A stretch of 64,000 nt of DNA from Rhynchobatus australiae (GCA_034780895.1 JAUZTB010000082.1:11664561-11728560), one strand, 5' to 3'; positions 1 through 15,009 are shown, counted from the stretch's first letter. Notes: generated from the letters alone by a model not told the origin. Numbers and translations: made by a program.

Positions 1-369
1 AATTAAAAATTAAAACTCAAGTAGTTCATTCTCACTGATGTGATATCTCACCTCCAGCCCTCTTCACAGTACAGCTCCTCCCCAGATCACGCACGAACAC
101 CTGACTTGTGCACAGCCCATGCACATGAATGAGCATTTGGGAGACTGGCTGGATGGATTTACCAGCTGCTGCGGGCATCTTCTGTCGTGTTTGCAGTCGG
201 ATTTCTGACTTGTGGAATGTTCATGTTACAAATGGTTGTTGGGGACAGAACCCTGCCCTCACCTGGGGGCGACCTGTAGGTGCATTTCAAAAATGGCTCA
301 TTTATTTCATTTTCGGATTCACTAATTCCCCCTGGAGGCGAGGTGCTGCTGTCCTACTGCTGAAGATGC

Positions 370-1417
<1,048 letters not shown>

Positions 1418-2007
1418 TAAGTACGGAGTTTCACTGAACGAATTCCAAAGTGTTGAGGGAGATGAGTGTGCCCAACACACTAACTCAAATTAGCTGAATC
1501 CTACTCCAAATGCCCAGACAGAGTGAAGCCAGCTATAGTTCTGTGAACAAGTTTCCAGCATTATGTCTGTCTGTGATGTCCCAAGAGTTAGACTCGAACA
1601 GGTTGCTGATTCTCACTGATGGCTTGGAAATGGATGGTGACTGTTTAGAGTATTATACTGATGGAACTAACCAAAGCATAGAATGAATTTCATAGGATTG
1701 GAGGGCATTGGCAAAGTAATGGGCAGGAGCTGAATGGTCTCCTGCTCCTAATGTGTATGTAACTGGGAATTGTTCAGACTGGTCCTGGTTAATCTGAAAT
1801 ATTGTGGTAGTTCTAGAAGGTGGAGGTTCTGTGTATNNNNNNNNNNNNNNNNNNNNNNNNNNNNNNNNNNNNNNNNNNNNNNNNNNNNNNNNNNNNNNNT
1901 AATATAATCTTTAATCCCAAAGGCAGTGAAATAAATGTGCCTTGAAATAAATGATTTCTTAAGAATCATTTGAATCATACTGAATGATTTAACATTTGAA
2001 TTCTCAG

Positions 2008-2135
2008 GGACTCAAAGAAGAAGGGTGGCTTGACGTCTGCCTATGGTCGCACACCTTTGTATGGCTCCCAAACTCCATTGTATGGCTCTGGATCTCGGAC
2101 ACCCATGTATGGTTCCCAGACACCCTTGCATGATG
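2008..2135 (+). CDS. SUPT5H: SUPT5H coding exon (start of CTR1 repeats)
   Basis: ttctcag|...|gtaag. [42 protein letters not shown](G); phase matches the preceding exon. Confidence 0.96.
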
Positions 2136-2289
2136 GTAAGATCACTCAACCAGATGGAGTTTTCCTTCCATTCTGAATTCTCCCTTTCCCATTGGTCATT
2201 GTAATTAAATACTTGGCATCATTAACTAGGAATGTTGGCTTTGCAGAAGAACATTCTGAGACGATTTGTAAATGTGGTAGCTGAAAAAA

Positions 2290-2750
2290 AACTCGAACTT
2301 GGGGCTAGACTGATTCCTGGGATGGCAGGACTGGTGTATGACAAGAGATTGGCTCAATTAGGCTTGTATTTACTAACGTTTGGTAAAATGAGGGGATTAC
2401 ATAGAAACCTACAAAATTCCAATGGGACGGGACAGATTAGGTGCAGGATGGATGTTCCTGATGGTCAGAGAGTTGAGGACCAGAGGTCACAATCTAAGGG
2501 TAAGACTAAGCCATTTAAGACTAAAGTAAGGAGAAATTTCTTCTTCCCAAGAGTGGTGAACCTGTGAAATTCTTTACCACAGAAAGCACTTAAATATATG
2601 TAATGATTTGGCTTCAAGAAGGAGTTGGGGATTGTTCTTGGATTACAGGGATCAATGGATAAGAGGAGAAAGCTGAAACAGCATTGAATTTGGATCATCA
2701 GCTATGATCATGTGGAATGGCTTGTTCCTACTTTCTACGTTCCTATGAAT
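2290..2750 (+). mobile_element. CR1-type LINE 3' fragment
   Basis: RLIPGMAGLVYDKRLAQLGLYLL...KPFKTKVRRNFFFPRVVNL is the typical CR1 ORF2 C-terminus, followed by a CR1-like 3'UTR ending ttctacgttcctatg. Confidence 0.8.
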
Positions 2751-2899
2751 AACTTGGATTCTATCTGAGGCTTTACACTGTCTGGGGGAGAAGGACAACT
2801 TGCTTGGGAACCTCAATCAGGACCATCTTTAAGAAGCGAGACCCGTTTGACTGCAGTAACTCCCTGCTATCTGCCCAGAGAAAATCCTCAATAGGTCCT

Positions 2900-3535
2900 C
2901 CTTAAATGCCTTCCACCTGGTGGCCACAGAGATATTCCCTGGATTGCAGTGTGGATTCCATCCATCTTGAGGCATCCTTAAATTTCACAGCCCACATATA
3001 CCTGCTACACGATTACACCAAATCGTGATCTAAATGGATCCCAATTTTACCACAGATAAGCAAGGCTGCGTTGTTGCCTCTACTCAATTTTTCCCGCCAT
3101 ATTGCAGCACTTCACCTCCAACAAGCTTGCCACTGGAGTGGAGCTAATCTACAGGACTAATGGGAAACTGCCCTCACTGCAGAGCCAAGGTGACTGTGAC
3201 TCTGACTCCAACTCCAATCCCAACTGCAGTGTTTAGGCAATGTTTGGATATGTACGCTGAGGCTGAGCTCCAGGTCATCGTTGGCTCATTCCTGGAGCAT
3301 ATGAGAGACCATGCTTTAACATGCACAAAGAAAGGGTACTCTACCAACCTTTCCACACTGAACAGCACTGCTCTCAAATAATGAAGGCCCGCAATATGAC
3401 TCTGGAAAAGGTGGACTACTTCCCATATTTCAGGAGCCACCTTTCAATAAAGGCAGATGTTGGTGATAAAATTCACCTTTGCCTGAGTCGGCCAGAAAAG
3501 TCCTTGGCCTGAGGGAACGAATGTTTGAAGGTTGA
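2900..3535 (+). mobile_element. RTE-clade LINE reverse-transcriptase fragment
   Basis: Degenerate GVELIYRTNGKL, MYAEAELQVIVGSF and LEKVDYFPYFRSHLSIKADVGDKIH, characteristic of RTE RT. Confidence 0.7.
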
Positions 3536-3639
3536 AANNNNNNNNNNNNNNNNNNNNNNNNNNNNNNNNNNNNNNNNNNNNNNNNNNNNNNNNNNNNNNN
3601 NNNNNNNNNNNNNNNNNNNNNNNNNNNNNNNNNNNNNCC

Positions 3640-4130
3640 CATTTGCCACTGTTTGGCCCATAACCTTCTAACCCTTTCTATCCATGTACCTGTCCAACTG
3701 TCTTTTTAAAAATTGTTTTTGTACCTTCCTCAACCACTTCCTCTGGCAGATCGTTCCATATACTTAACATCCTTTGTGTTTTTAAAAAAAAAAGTTGCCC
3801 TCACATTCCTCTTAAATCTTTCCCCTCTCACCTTAAACCTGTGCTCTCTAGTTCTTGATACCACAACTCTGGGGGGAGAAAGACTGAGTGCATTCACCTT
3901 ATCTATGCCTCTCATGATTTTACACATATCTATAAGGTCTCCTACGCTCTAAGGAATAAAGTCCTAGCCCGTCCAACCTCTCCTTATAAACTCAGTCTCT
4001 CAACTCCTGGCAGCATCCTTGTAAATCTTTTCTGCACTCTTTCCAGTTTCATAACATTGTTCCTTTAGCAGGACGACCAAAACCGAACAGAATACTCCAA
4101 GTGCTGCCTCACCAAGCATTCTGTACACCT
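3640..4130 (-). mobile_element. CR1-type LINE 3' fragment
   Basis: Minus-strand KIMRGIDKVNALSLSP...SRTREHRFKVRGERFKRNVRATFF. Confidence 0.8.
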
Positions 4131-5248
4131 GCCCCATGACTTCGTATATTGGGCAGCCTTTATTGTGCGTGTGCCTGACTACACTCCCAACACACTGTAC
4201 TCTGAGCTCTGTCACGGGAAATGATTGTCAGGCGGACAGAGGAAAAGATTCAAGGACATTCTCAAAGCCTCCTTTTAAATAAACAAAAAGTGTGACGCCT
4301 TTGCTAACTTGTGGGACTCCCTTCTAAACTACCAGCTGCTCCATTAACACTACCTCAGACAGAGTCTGAGTCCCATGTTGGCTCGCCAGCCACAGAACCA
4401 GAATGTGACAAGCCTGCCTTCATTGCATGGATTGGAAAGGTTAAGAGGGATATAAGCCTAAAGCAGGCAAATGGGACTAGCTTGGGGTGGGCATCTTGGT
4501 TAGAACATAGAACAATACAGCCCTTTATGGGCCCTTCGGCCCACAATGTTGTGCTGACCTATATAAACCTACTCTATGATCAATCTAACCCTTCCCTCCT
4601 ACACAACCCATAACCCTCCATTGGTTGACATGGATGAGTTGGGCTGAAGGGCCTGTTTCTGTGCTGTATTACTCTGACTCTATCCTGAGGTGCCAGCAAA
4701 GAAGTCTTATTATTTCAGGTCAAAGATTTTCATCTGATGAAACATTTACCCTGTTTCTGCGCGGATGCTACCTGATCTGCTGAGGATTTGCAGCATTTTC
4801 TCTTTATTTCTATTTTCTAGCAGCTGTGCCCTTTGTCAGAGGAGGAGGCAAAAGAAGTTGTGGGAAGGAGGGATGGCTCTGATAGGGTAAAATCAGTGTG
4901 ACTATGGGGATAAACTGTAAACAAGGTAATCAGAGGATATGGGAGTCAGAGAGAGAATGAGAACATAGACGAAAGAATGTGGGTGTTGTGAAATGCAGTG
5001 CAAGAAGACTTATCTGGCAGATGAGGCTGGGGATGTCCTCAACTCCCAGAGGGGGAATAAAAGAGAAAAATAACACACTGGGCTGAATGGCTCCATTTTA
5101 GTTGTGCCTTGTGACAGTCCTTTTGCTGGAACTCCATTCTGACCACTTCAGTATATTTCAGCTAGAATTGCTGCAGAATCTTCAGAACTACATAATCTAA
5201 AATAACTGCAAACAAAACATCATTGAAGATCACTGTGTCTCAAACTAA

Positions 5249-5416
<168 letters not shown>

Positions 5417-5580
5417 TAAAATAAGTAAATCGTAAAACTGTACAAATTACCATTGATAATATGGCTTTATCTTTTCACACATGTTTATGTGCATTTTAAT
5501 TTTTTGCAAATTTAGCTTATTTTATTTTCTGCCTCATCTGCATCTACCCATTTTAAAACGAGATGTATTTGATCTCACAG

Positions 5581-5739
5581 GAATGAAGAAGACTACGATT
5601 TCCCTTATGATGATGAGCCCACACCATCACCACAGGCCTATGGAGGAACGCCCAACCCACAGACTCCAGGCTACACAGATGTTCCATCTCCACAGGTTAA
5701 TCCCCAATACAACCCTCAAACCCCTGGAACACCAGCAAT
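5581..5739 (+). CDS. SUPT5H: SUPT5H coding exon (CTR2 start)
   Basis: ctcacag|...|gtaagt. [52 protein letters not shown](M). Confidence 0.96.
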
Positions 5740-6120
5740 GTAAGTACCTGCAAATCCCTTCACTGAATAATTAATTATAGCACTGGTCCTTTTATTCTCT
5801 AAAGATGGAACATTTTTTCTGTTTCCATCCCCTTTGTCTGTAGTTGCCACTAGGAAGATGAAAATCTATGCAGAAATAGACAAGGGAGTGCTTAGAATTT
5901 GAGGCAGAGAAACAGGCTACTAGTCCATGGCAGTATTATTTTCCACTTGAATCTCCTCCCTCTATTCCTTCCTGGCCAATTTTATTTAGCAAGCACCTTT
6001 TCGAGGGGCTGGTGATGGTAGAGGGGATGTAATTTTGGCATATGTTCAGCTGGCTTGGCACTGATCACTACTTGTAAGAAAAGTTTGTTCACTTAATGAG
6101 ACCTATTNNNNNNNNNNNTA

Positions 6121-6321
<201 letters not shown>

Positions 6322-6449
6322 TGAATACTTTGCGCATGTATTAATCCAGAATTGTTTTGACCCTGTTGGGTTAGCTTAACAGTACAGCAGTTGGGATTCT
6401 GTAATAGGTTTGGTCAGGACTTGGATATCAACAGAGATAATTGAATATG

Positions 6450-7200
6450 AAAGAACATAAATAAGAGCAGGAGGAGGCCATTTGGCCCTTTTGAGCCTGG
6501 TCTACCATTCATTAAGATCATGGCTGATCTTCTGCCAGCATTCTCCAGCCATGAATTCAACTGCTCTATCCTCCTATTTCTACTTATTTGCACATGGCAC
6601 TGGGAATAATCTTGACATTGCTACCTTTGGAGCTCCTGCTTTTTTTCTGCTTCCTAGCTCCTTGTCCTTTTTTCTGTCTGTGTGGTCAGTACCAATATGG
6701 ACCATGACCTCTGGCTGTTCACCTTCCCCCTTCAGAATGTTGTATAGCAGTGGCATCTTCAGCCCGGGCACCATGGACGCAATGTAACAACTCCATGTCC
6801 AGTCACATGCTATTTTATCCCTCTCCCCACTGTATCTGCCACCGCCATTGCTCCTTCACTCTTCTTCCTCGCCTCCTCTGCAGTTGAGCCACTTGCGATG
6901 CAGTCACAGCCAGGAGCGTGGCAGTTATCTGAGCAACAAACCCCACCAATGGTATTTAAAGGGGAAAATCTGTCCGGGAGTGAGGGCTCCCACCTGCTCT
7001 TCCTCTGTTCAACAGTCAGCTGCACCTTCTCTGCCTGCCTGTGCTTAAGCTGCACAGTGTCCACCGCCCTACATGTGTTATCCACAAAGTCCTTGGCTTC
7101 AAAGATACATCACAGTGACTCCAGCTGCTGCTACATCTGGAGATACTTCCTACATATGTGGCTGGAAGCATCCCTGACCTTGTATGGTGTAGGATGTCAT
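6450..7200 (-). mobile_element. CR1-type LINE remnants including ORF1 (esterase-like) fragments
   Basis: Minus-strand ILKGEGEQPEVMVHIGTD, SLPDRFSPLNT and AVADTVGRGI are typical of CR1 ORF1; a CR1 3' tail lies at about 6450-6540. Confidence 0.7.
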
Positions 7201-7289
7201 GTGATTTTTCCAAGGTAAATGACCAGATCATCTGTTCTTTCGTGGGCTTGACTGATGGATAAATGTTGGCTTGGCACTGAAATGATATG

Positions 7290-7726
7290 TTGTCACAGCC
7301 CAGGGCATCACGGACACCAGCCTCCCCTTCTTGGACTCTGTCTATACCTCTCGTTGTCTTGGTGTAGCAGCTGGCATAATCAAAGACCCTACCCACCCGG
7401 GACATTCTCTCTTCTCTCTTCTTCTATCAAGTAGAAGATACAGGAGCCTGAGAGCACATACCACCAGACAAAGACAGCTTTCCCCACTGTAGTAAGACTA
7501 TTGAACAGTTCTCCTATTCAATGAGATGGGCTATGACCTCACGATCTACCTTATTGTGACCTTGCACCTTATTGCACTGCACTTTCTTTGTAGCTCTGAC
7601 ACTTTACTCTACTGTTATTGTTTTTACCTGTACTACATCAACACATTCTGTACTAGCTCAATGTAATGAATTTGACCTGTAAGATCGGTTTAAGACGAGC
7701 TTTTCACTCCCTCGGTACAAGTGACA
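7290..7726 (+). mobile_element. Rex1/Babar-like LINE 3' end
   Basis: IIKDPTHPGHSLFSLLLSSRRYRSLRAHTTR C-terminal motif plus 3'UTR. Related copies at 18508-18615 (-) and 60970-61410 (+). Confidence 0.65.
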
Positions 7727-8428
7727 NNNNNNNNNNNNNNNNNNNNNNNNNNNNNNNNNNNNNNNNNNNNNNNNNNNNNNNNNNNNNNNNNNNNNNNNNN
7801 NNNNNNNNNNNNNNNNNNNNNNNNNNNNNNNNNNNNNNNNNNNNNNNNNNNNNNNNNNNNNNNNNNNNNNNNNNNNTACCCTTTCCTGTTGGAGGCCCTT
7901 TCCAGCATCTTCAGTTTTTCAATTTTCATTTGAGTTCTGAGGGATCCTATGGATCCATCTGAGAATATTAGAATAGTAGAAACTAGGAGCAAGAGTGGGC
8001 CACCAAGCCCCTCAGTCCTGCCCTGCCACTCGGTATGTTCACAGCTGATCTATACTGGCCTCAACTCCTCCAATAGACTCAATTCTCTGACCTTCCAAAA
8101 ATTGTCCTACCTCCACCTTACAAACGTCTAATGATTTCTGCAACGAGTTTAAAGACACAAAGGAAAGGCTCCAGAATTGTGTTGTCCATTCATCCCTGTG
8201 ATGTGACAGAACTCAGTACTTCCTGTACCTACTTGACTTTAAGTTGGATGAGGTTGATTTTGAAGGTAATTTTGTTTTGATGGGGGGACGGACTGCTGCT
8301 TGATGGAGGTAAATGACTGTTTTGAGGATGATAGGAAATAACTTTCTCTTTAAGGAACGTGAACAGTGCTGGATTTTTTTTTCTCCTTGTATTTTCCTGG
8401 CCCACTCACAGCGTGTTTTGTGTTTCAG

Positions 8429-8632
8429 GCAAGTCCAAGTCCAAGCCCTGTCGGATATAGTCCCATGACACCTGGAGCCCCATCTCCTGGCGCATACAAT
8501 CCCCATACACCAGGTTCCAGCATTGATCAGGGGTCCAACGACTGGGTAACGACGGACATAATGGTCAAAGTCCGGGACACGTACCTGGACGCGCAGGTTG
8601 TGGGACAGGCGGGAGTCATCCGCAGTGTGTCG
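8429..8632 (+). CDS. SUPT5H: SUPT5H coding exon (end of CTR2, start of C-terminal KOW region)
   Basis: tgtttcag|...|gtacgt. [68 protein letters not shown]. Confidence 0.96.
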
Positions 8633-9127
8633 GTACGTAGTATTGCTGTGTTGTTGTTGTCATAGTCATACAGCACAAGAACGGGCTGTTTGGCCCACTG
8701 TATCCATGCGGGCTCAGAACCCATTTATACTAATCCCATTTGGCCTGTGGCCTTCTATGCCCTGGCAGTTCAAGTGTTCTTCCAGATACCACTTCGATGT
8801 TGTGAGTGTACCTACTTCCATCACCTTCTCAGGCAGTGTGTTCAGACTGCAACCACCCTCTGGGTGAAATTTTTTTTCCTCAAAACCCCTATAACCCTCA
8901 AATCTATTCTGGTTTTAGATGTCTCTATTATCAATGTTCTCAGTTTCCACCCTATCTAAGCCCCTCACAATGTTGTATACTTCTGTCAGGCTCCCTTTAG
9001 TCTCCTTCATGCGAAGGAAAGCAAACCTGGGCTATCCAGTCTCTCCTCATTACTGAAAGATTCCAATAGCTTGATAGATCTCCTCTGTACCCTCACCATG
9101 TCCCAGTGCATCAAGCACCCATTTACA

Positions 9128-9456
9128 CTGGCAGTTCAAGTGTTCTTCCAGATACCACTTCGATGTTGTGAGTGTACCCCTATAACACATTCTGTACTAG
9201 CTCAATGTAATGAATTTGACCTGTAAGATCAGTTTAAGACGAGCTTTTCACTCCCTCGGTACAAGTGACAATAATAAACCAATACCAATCTGTAGAAAGA
9301 GAAACAGTTACCCTTTCCTGTTGGAGGCCCTTTCCAGCATCTTCAGTTTTTCAATTTTCATTTGAGTTTGATAATAGAGACATCTAAAACCAGAATAGAT
9401 TTAAGAGGGTTATAGGGGTTCTGAGGAAAAAAAATTTCACCCAGAGGGTGGTTGCA
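9128..9456. repeat. Mosaic insertion built from four locally copied segments
   Basis: 9128-9178 = 8762-8812; 9176-9186 = 8885-8895; 9184-9368 = 7640-7936 (source interrupted by an N gap); 9368-9456 = reverse complement of 8848-8934. Confidence 0.9.
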
Positions 9457-9715
9457 TCTTATTCCCCCCACATTGCCATCAACTCTGCTCCCCACCACCC
9501 AAGATTCCATCACCCAACAGGAACATTTTAATGGCCAATCAACCTATCAATCTGCAGATCTTTGGGATATGGGAGGAAGCTGAAGGAACTGGGGAAACCC
9601 ATGTGGTCACAGGGAGAACATGCAAACTCCACGCGGACAGCACCCCAGGTCAGGATTGCATTGTTCCCAGGCTACTGGAGATGTGGGGCAGTAGCTCTAC
9701 TAGCTGTGCCACTCC
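9457..9715 (-). mobile_element. tRNA-derived V-SINE (HE1-like)
   Basis: Reverse strand carries the V-SINE core ggagtttgcatgttctccctgtgaccacatgggtttccc...cttcctcccata. Similar copies at about 20985-21130 (-), 39700-39790 (+), 51960-52145 (-) and 59402-59730 (+). Confidence 0.7.
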
Positions 9716-10855
9716 AGCTACAAGACTGTGCTGCCCTATCCTGTTGTCTCGGATAGGGTTTAATAACATCTCCCACATTCCAAAGACGTACAGGTCGGTT
9801 AACATGGGTTTAAAATGGGCAGCGCGGACTTANNNNNNNNNNNNNNNNNNNNNNNNNNNNNNNNNNNNNNNNNNNNNNNNNNNNNNNNNNNNNNNNNNNN
9901 NNNNNNNNNNNNNNNNNNNNNNNNNNNNNNNNCAGAAGGGCCTGTTACCACACTGTAAATAAAATTTAAAAAATTTAAACTTGTATTAAATTAAATTTTA
10001 AATTTAACAACGACTTGATGGACAGGTTGAAGTCTGAATATCTGGGTCTAAAGTGTATAATCAACCATAAACAAAAGAAGCAGCATAAAGAGGCTCTGCA
10101 GTCAATTGCCATTAATCCTCAGCTGTAAAGTTAATAGAGCAATCTTGGAACAGCCTGAGAATAGTTGAGCTGCATACATTCAGTCCTGAGGGGAAACCGG
10201 CTTTCCAGCTGAGGCATGTGGAATTCCCTCTCTCCGAGGTGGTTCAGAGTCAGCCAGAACCCTGTATGCTCATCTTGCCCTTGCTGGTTATATTGGACGA
10301 TCACTCTAATCATTTGTTGAAAAAGTTTTTTTTTGTTGTTTCATTGACAGACTTTGTCACTTGCCTGAAATAAGTGGTATATGTGTTTGCCATCACATCC
10401 CTGGAAGATAAAATACTCATTTACTATTATCTCTGGGGTGAGGAGAGATTTCTAAACCTGCCATACACCAAGTATAAACTAAGATAGTGGGCCTTTTTGC
10501 TTGGCTACTAAAGCTATTAATTTTTTTTTGCTGCTTTACATCATGCTGAGGAAAGCTGAGGGCTGAGAGGCCAGTTAGAGAAACATCGTCTTGGAGGAAA
10601 ATTTTTAATAGAAACTGGCACAAGCAAATGTGTATTTGTTTTCGTCCCCCAGTGTGTTGCGCAGATGTATAAAATTAGACAACAGGTTATTTATACCTCA
10701 GTGGATCCCTCAAAGCACTTGAACTTGTTAATTACCTTGAATGGTATTGATTTGTGCAGGGGAAAGCAGTACTCAGGTGGTGCAGGAGGGCAATGTTCAC
10801 TGCAATGCATTTGCTGAAATGAATGAACAAGTTTGAACATTTCTTTCCCTTGCAG

Positions 10856-10951
10856 GGTGGGCTGTGCTCTGTGTACCTGTCAGCCACTGACAAAGTGGTC
10901 AGCATCTCCAGTGAGCATCTTGAACCAGTCACCCCTGTGAAAAACGATAAG
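10856..10951 (+). CDS. SUPT5H: SUPT5H penultimate coding exon
   Basis: ccttgcag|...|gtaaga. [32 protein letters not shown]. Confidence 0.96.
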
Positions 10952-13156
10952 GTAAGACCCAATTGGTTAGAGCCACGGAATCGTACTGCACACAGGCAGG
11001 CCCTTCAACCCATCACACCCATGCTGACCGTCAAGTTCCTATCTAGACTCATCCCCTTTAGCAGCACTTGTTCCATCTCCTTCTGTACCNNNNNNNNNNN
11101 NNNNNNNNNNNNNNNNNNNNNNNNNNNNNNNNNNNNNNNNNNNNNNNNNNNNNNNNNNNNNNNNNNNNNNNNNNNNNNNNNNNNNNNNNNNNNNNNNNNN
11201 NNNNNNNNNNNNNNNNNNNNNNNNNNNNNNNNNNNNNNNNNNNNNNNNNNNNNNNNNNNNNNNNNNNNNNNNNNNNNNNNNNNNNNNNNNNNNNNNNNNN
11301 NNNNNNNNNNNNNNNNNNNNNNNNNNNNNNNNNNNNNNNNNNNAATACCCAGCTGTCAAAACTTTTTGTTTTAGTTTGGGCATTTATTGTTTATTTTTTT
11401 AAGAAAGGGCAACCTTAATGGATATAATGGAAAGGGCTGGACCGATCAAGGGATGTGGGGAGAAAACAGCATCAGAAAAATTCCCTTTGTTTCACCCATT
11501 ACCCTCTCCCAAACTCTGCTACCTCGACGAACATATTTGCTTCTTTCAATTCCGATGGAAACGTTAAATGTTTCTCTTTCCAGAGGTGCTACCTGTCTTG
11601 CTGAGATTTTTTTTCAGCATTTTCTGTTTTTATTTCAGAATTCCAATACCTGCATTTATTTTATTTTCACAGTTTACTGAAGGGACTAAGTGGCCTACTT
11701 CTGCTATATTTCTTTCTATGTTTCTGTAAAGATCCACAGGGTGATGCTGTGGATCTTTTACTTCTGATTCTTTGCTCAAGTATAGAATGGGGATGAAAGA
11801 CTTCACTACCTCCTTCTTGTAAAGAACATACATTAAAATCCTTTTTGGACTCTTTCTTGGTATAAATCACCATCATAAATGGCCCATAATTTAGTCCCAT
11901 TTGGCATCTGCAGTAGCTGTAGGGAGTGGAATAATGTCACAAGAGATTCTCGAGCTCATCGTAACAGCAGAACTGAGGGAACTTCACTCAGCATCTGATC
12001 GTGTTAAATCATAAGTGGGAGTATGTGAAATTGTGATTTTACTCTTCCTGCCCTGACTTCATAATTTGTCCATAAAAGTTGCAAAAATAAACAATTTAGA
12101 CAGTTATTTTAAGATGGTGACTAGTAAAATAATGCTGTATATAAAAGCAGCCTATTTACTAATAATTCAAAGGATTATAGCTTCAAAAACTCAGCCTTCT
12201 GATTTGAGAAGAAAATATTATGCTTTCTACCGGAGGAAGCCTTGGGGTTTATTTTAAAGAAGAGTTTGTTTGATGTATACTCAGCAGGATGCATTTTAAT
12301 GAGGGCACTGGAGTGGTGGTTGGAAAGTTGTCTTAGAGTTCATCAACTGATGTAACAGAAGTTTTCAGTACATCTAAGCAAGCAGGAAGAAAGCTTTACA
12401 ACAGACCTTTCAATTAAAAATTGTTAAATGTTTGACGATTAGGTATCACTGAACCAGAAAATAATTGAGTAAAGGCACTTGATTAATGAGTTCTGCGTTA
12501 CTTCAATCTAACCCTCAATTCTCTGCAATAAGAAGAGCTTAATGGATGAATTGTCTGTCTGTTGCCACACATTGCTGTGTACTTCAGTTGAGGTGGTATC
12601 AAAGCAGCAAAATGCAAAATAACACCTTGACAGTAAGATTTGGTAACATCTTGTAGAAGAGTTCTACATATATTTACAAATATATCAAAAAGTTACAAAA
12701 TGGAAATTTCACTGAGTCTCTGAAATAAAACCTCATATTTAAATAGCACCCTCCATATTCTTGATGTCCATTGTGTTTTATGTCTTGCACAGTATTTTGT
12801 GTTGTATGTGACTGGCCACGGCTGGGAAAGGAGTAATTGAGGAGGTAATCCATTAATGGTTGCTAGAAATGGATACCAAAAGTTCTCTTTTCTAATCCCG
12901 AGTGTTTAGAACATCACAAAAGAAGCTAGGTAGAAGAATCAGTTGTATATTTGCTCCCTCTGCTAATTCCTGAGGTAATTTGGAATCTTGGCTGAGATAC
13001 CGGCTAAGTTACTGAGATGCCATGTCCACAATGATGGGTGCCCACTAAATGCTGTGGATTGCAACTCTAGGAGACTGTCCACATCAGGGCAGGATTTAGA
13101 GTAAAATTCCGATTGGAACTTGGTGACTGCTTGTATAACCATTTTTCTACCTGTAG

Positions 13157-13339
13157 GTGAAAGTGATTCTCGGTGAAGATCGGGAGGCAACAGGCATGCT
13201 ACTGAGCATTGATGGTGAGGATGGCATTGTCCGTATGGAACTGGATGACCAGCTGAAGATCCTCAACCTGAGATTCCTTGGGATCCTGAATGAAGAAGGA
13301 ACAGGATCATCTGGAAAGGATGTATATAGTCGGAAGTAA
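13157..13339 (+). CDS. SUPT5H: SUPT5H terminal coding exon (last KOW domain)
   Basis: cctgtag|. [60 protein letters not shown], stop TAA at 13337-13339. Confidence 0.96.
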   Translation: MKVILGEDREATGMLLSIDGEDGIVRMELDDQLKILNLRFLGILNEEGTGSSGKDVYSRK

Positions 13340-15009
13340 TAGAACTCTCTTCTGTGAAGTTTTGTTCAGATTTTTAGGTTTCCTTCTTTCCTTGTGTTTT
13401 TGCTTTGATAATATCTTGCTTATTGTGGGCAGATGTTAGCAGTGGTTATCAAAAAAGACCGAAAATAGCAACAACTGGTTGTTAGAGTAGGTGGATAAAT
13501 GCATAATAATTTGACATTGAAAAAATTGGCCATACATTTCATAAAAATAAAACCCATTTGAGACTTAAAAATGGGTAAATGGTCTTTTTTAAATGCAAAA
13601 GACAGAGACTGATGTATGAAAGAGGTAAAGTGAGTCTGAGATTTGGCAGTGAAGATAAATACTTTTTGTAGCAATCGAATGGTACTCCTTCAGGAAGAGA
13701 CTAAAAGCTATTTTTGTAATAAGAGCACTTGAGGTGAGAGAAGATGCAGGAAAAAATAGACAGTTTTGACAAAAATACTGCAATTATTTTTTAAGCAAGC
13801 TAGCTCAGAATAGTTGTGTAAATTTCTATTGAAAGCTTTGTATGTTGCCGCTTGTTTTGGAAAAGATTTAAAAGTGCTTTGAAAACTGCACTGGATGTTC
13901 TATTTTCAAGTTTCAAGAGTAAGTCTCCAGAGGTTCGGAGCAGTATGCTGGAAACATTCTGCGGGTCAGGTAGCATCTGTGGAGAGAGGGAAAACAGTTG
14001 GCTTTTCATCAGAACTGGATAAAGTTGGAGATGAAACAACTTTTAAGATGCAAAGTAAAGGTCGGAAAGGGGGAGAAAAAGAACAAAGGAGTCGTGATGG
14101 AGGTTGGGCGGGATTAAACACCAGGAGTCTCCCTTTATTCCTCGCTCATTCCCTCGGTTCCCAATTTATTCCCTTCTGATTCCATTCATTTTGCAAAAGT
14201 CTGAGACAAAATTTAAACCAAAGTCCCATTGGCATTCTGGTATTGCTCCTGATTTGTGCATTTGTGATCTTGTCTGTATCAGAGGCAGTGAGTGACGTCT
14301 CCACTGCCCACAAGAAGGAGCCGTCAGTGGGGCCATTATTATTGAGCTGTTTGTGCGCAGAGTGTCACTGTCAGTGGGTCTGGCTGTAGTTTTTAATTGG
14401 CCTGGCACAGAGGAAAGGAAGTTTTGCCCCAGATCGGAAAGCCTGCAGAACTTTTGTCCAGATGTAATGTCATGAAGTGAATGCAGATGTCAGAAAAGAT
14501 TGCCTGACAGACCATTTCCAGAAAGGCCTGAATCTGCTCAAAGTTTCCCCAGTAATTGTGATTTTAAGATTTCAGGATGACTGATAAATGCATGAAGATT
14601 CTGCATCTTCATTCCCTGTGCACGTAATGTCAGTTAACCGGTTAGCATCATGGGAACAAACCACATAGTCCAAAGCATCAGCAGACTCCTTGACCCTAAT
14701 TTTGTTGCATATATATGCCATAAATGTATGATCATAAAAGTTGGAAAACATCTGCCCGAAAATGTCTACTTTGGGCTGGTGTATGGTTTAAAAACCACGT
14801 AAATTGGAAAAGCTGCACACAATAAACCCTGTTCTACTCAACCATTAGATCTTCGGGTTAATGTTATTGAACAATGGCCACTGCTAAGATCTGCTTCTGC
14901 TGACTTGTTTTGCTAAATGTCACCTAATGTAAAATGTATTTCTGTGGTTTGGGAATACCATTTGTATGGCCAATATTTGAGCTTGTAAACCCATTTGTTC
15001 CAAATAGTC

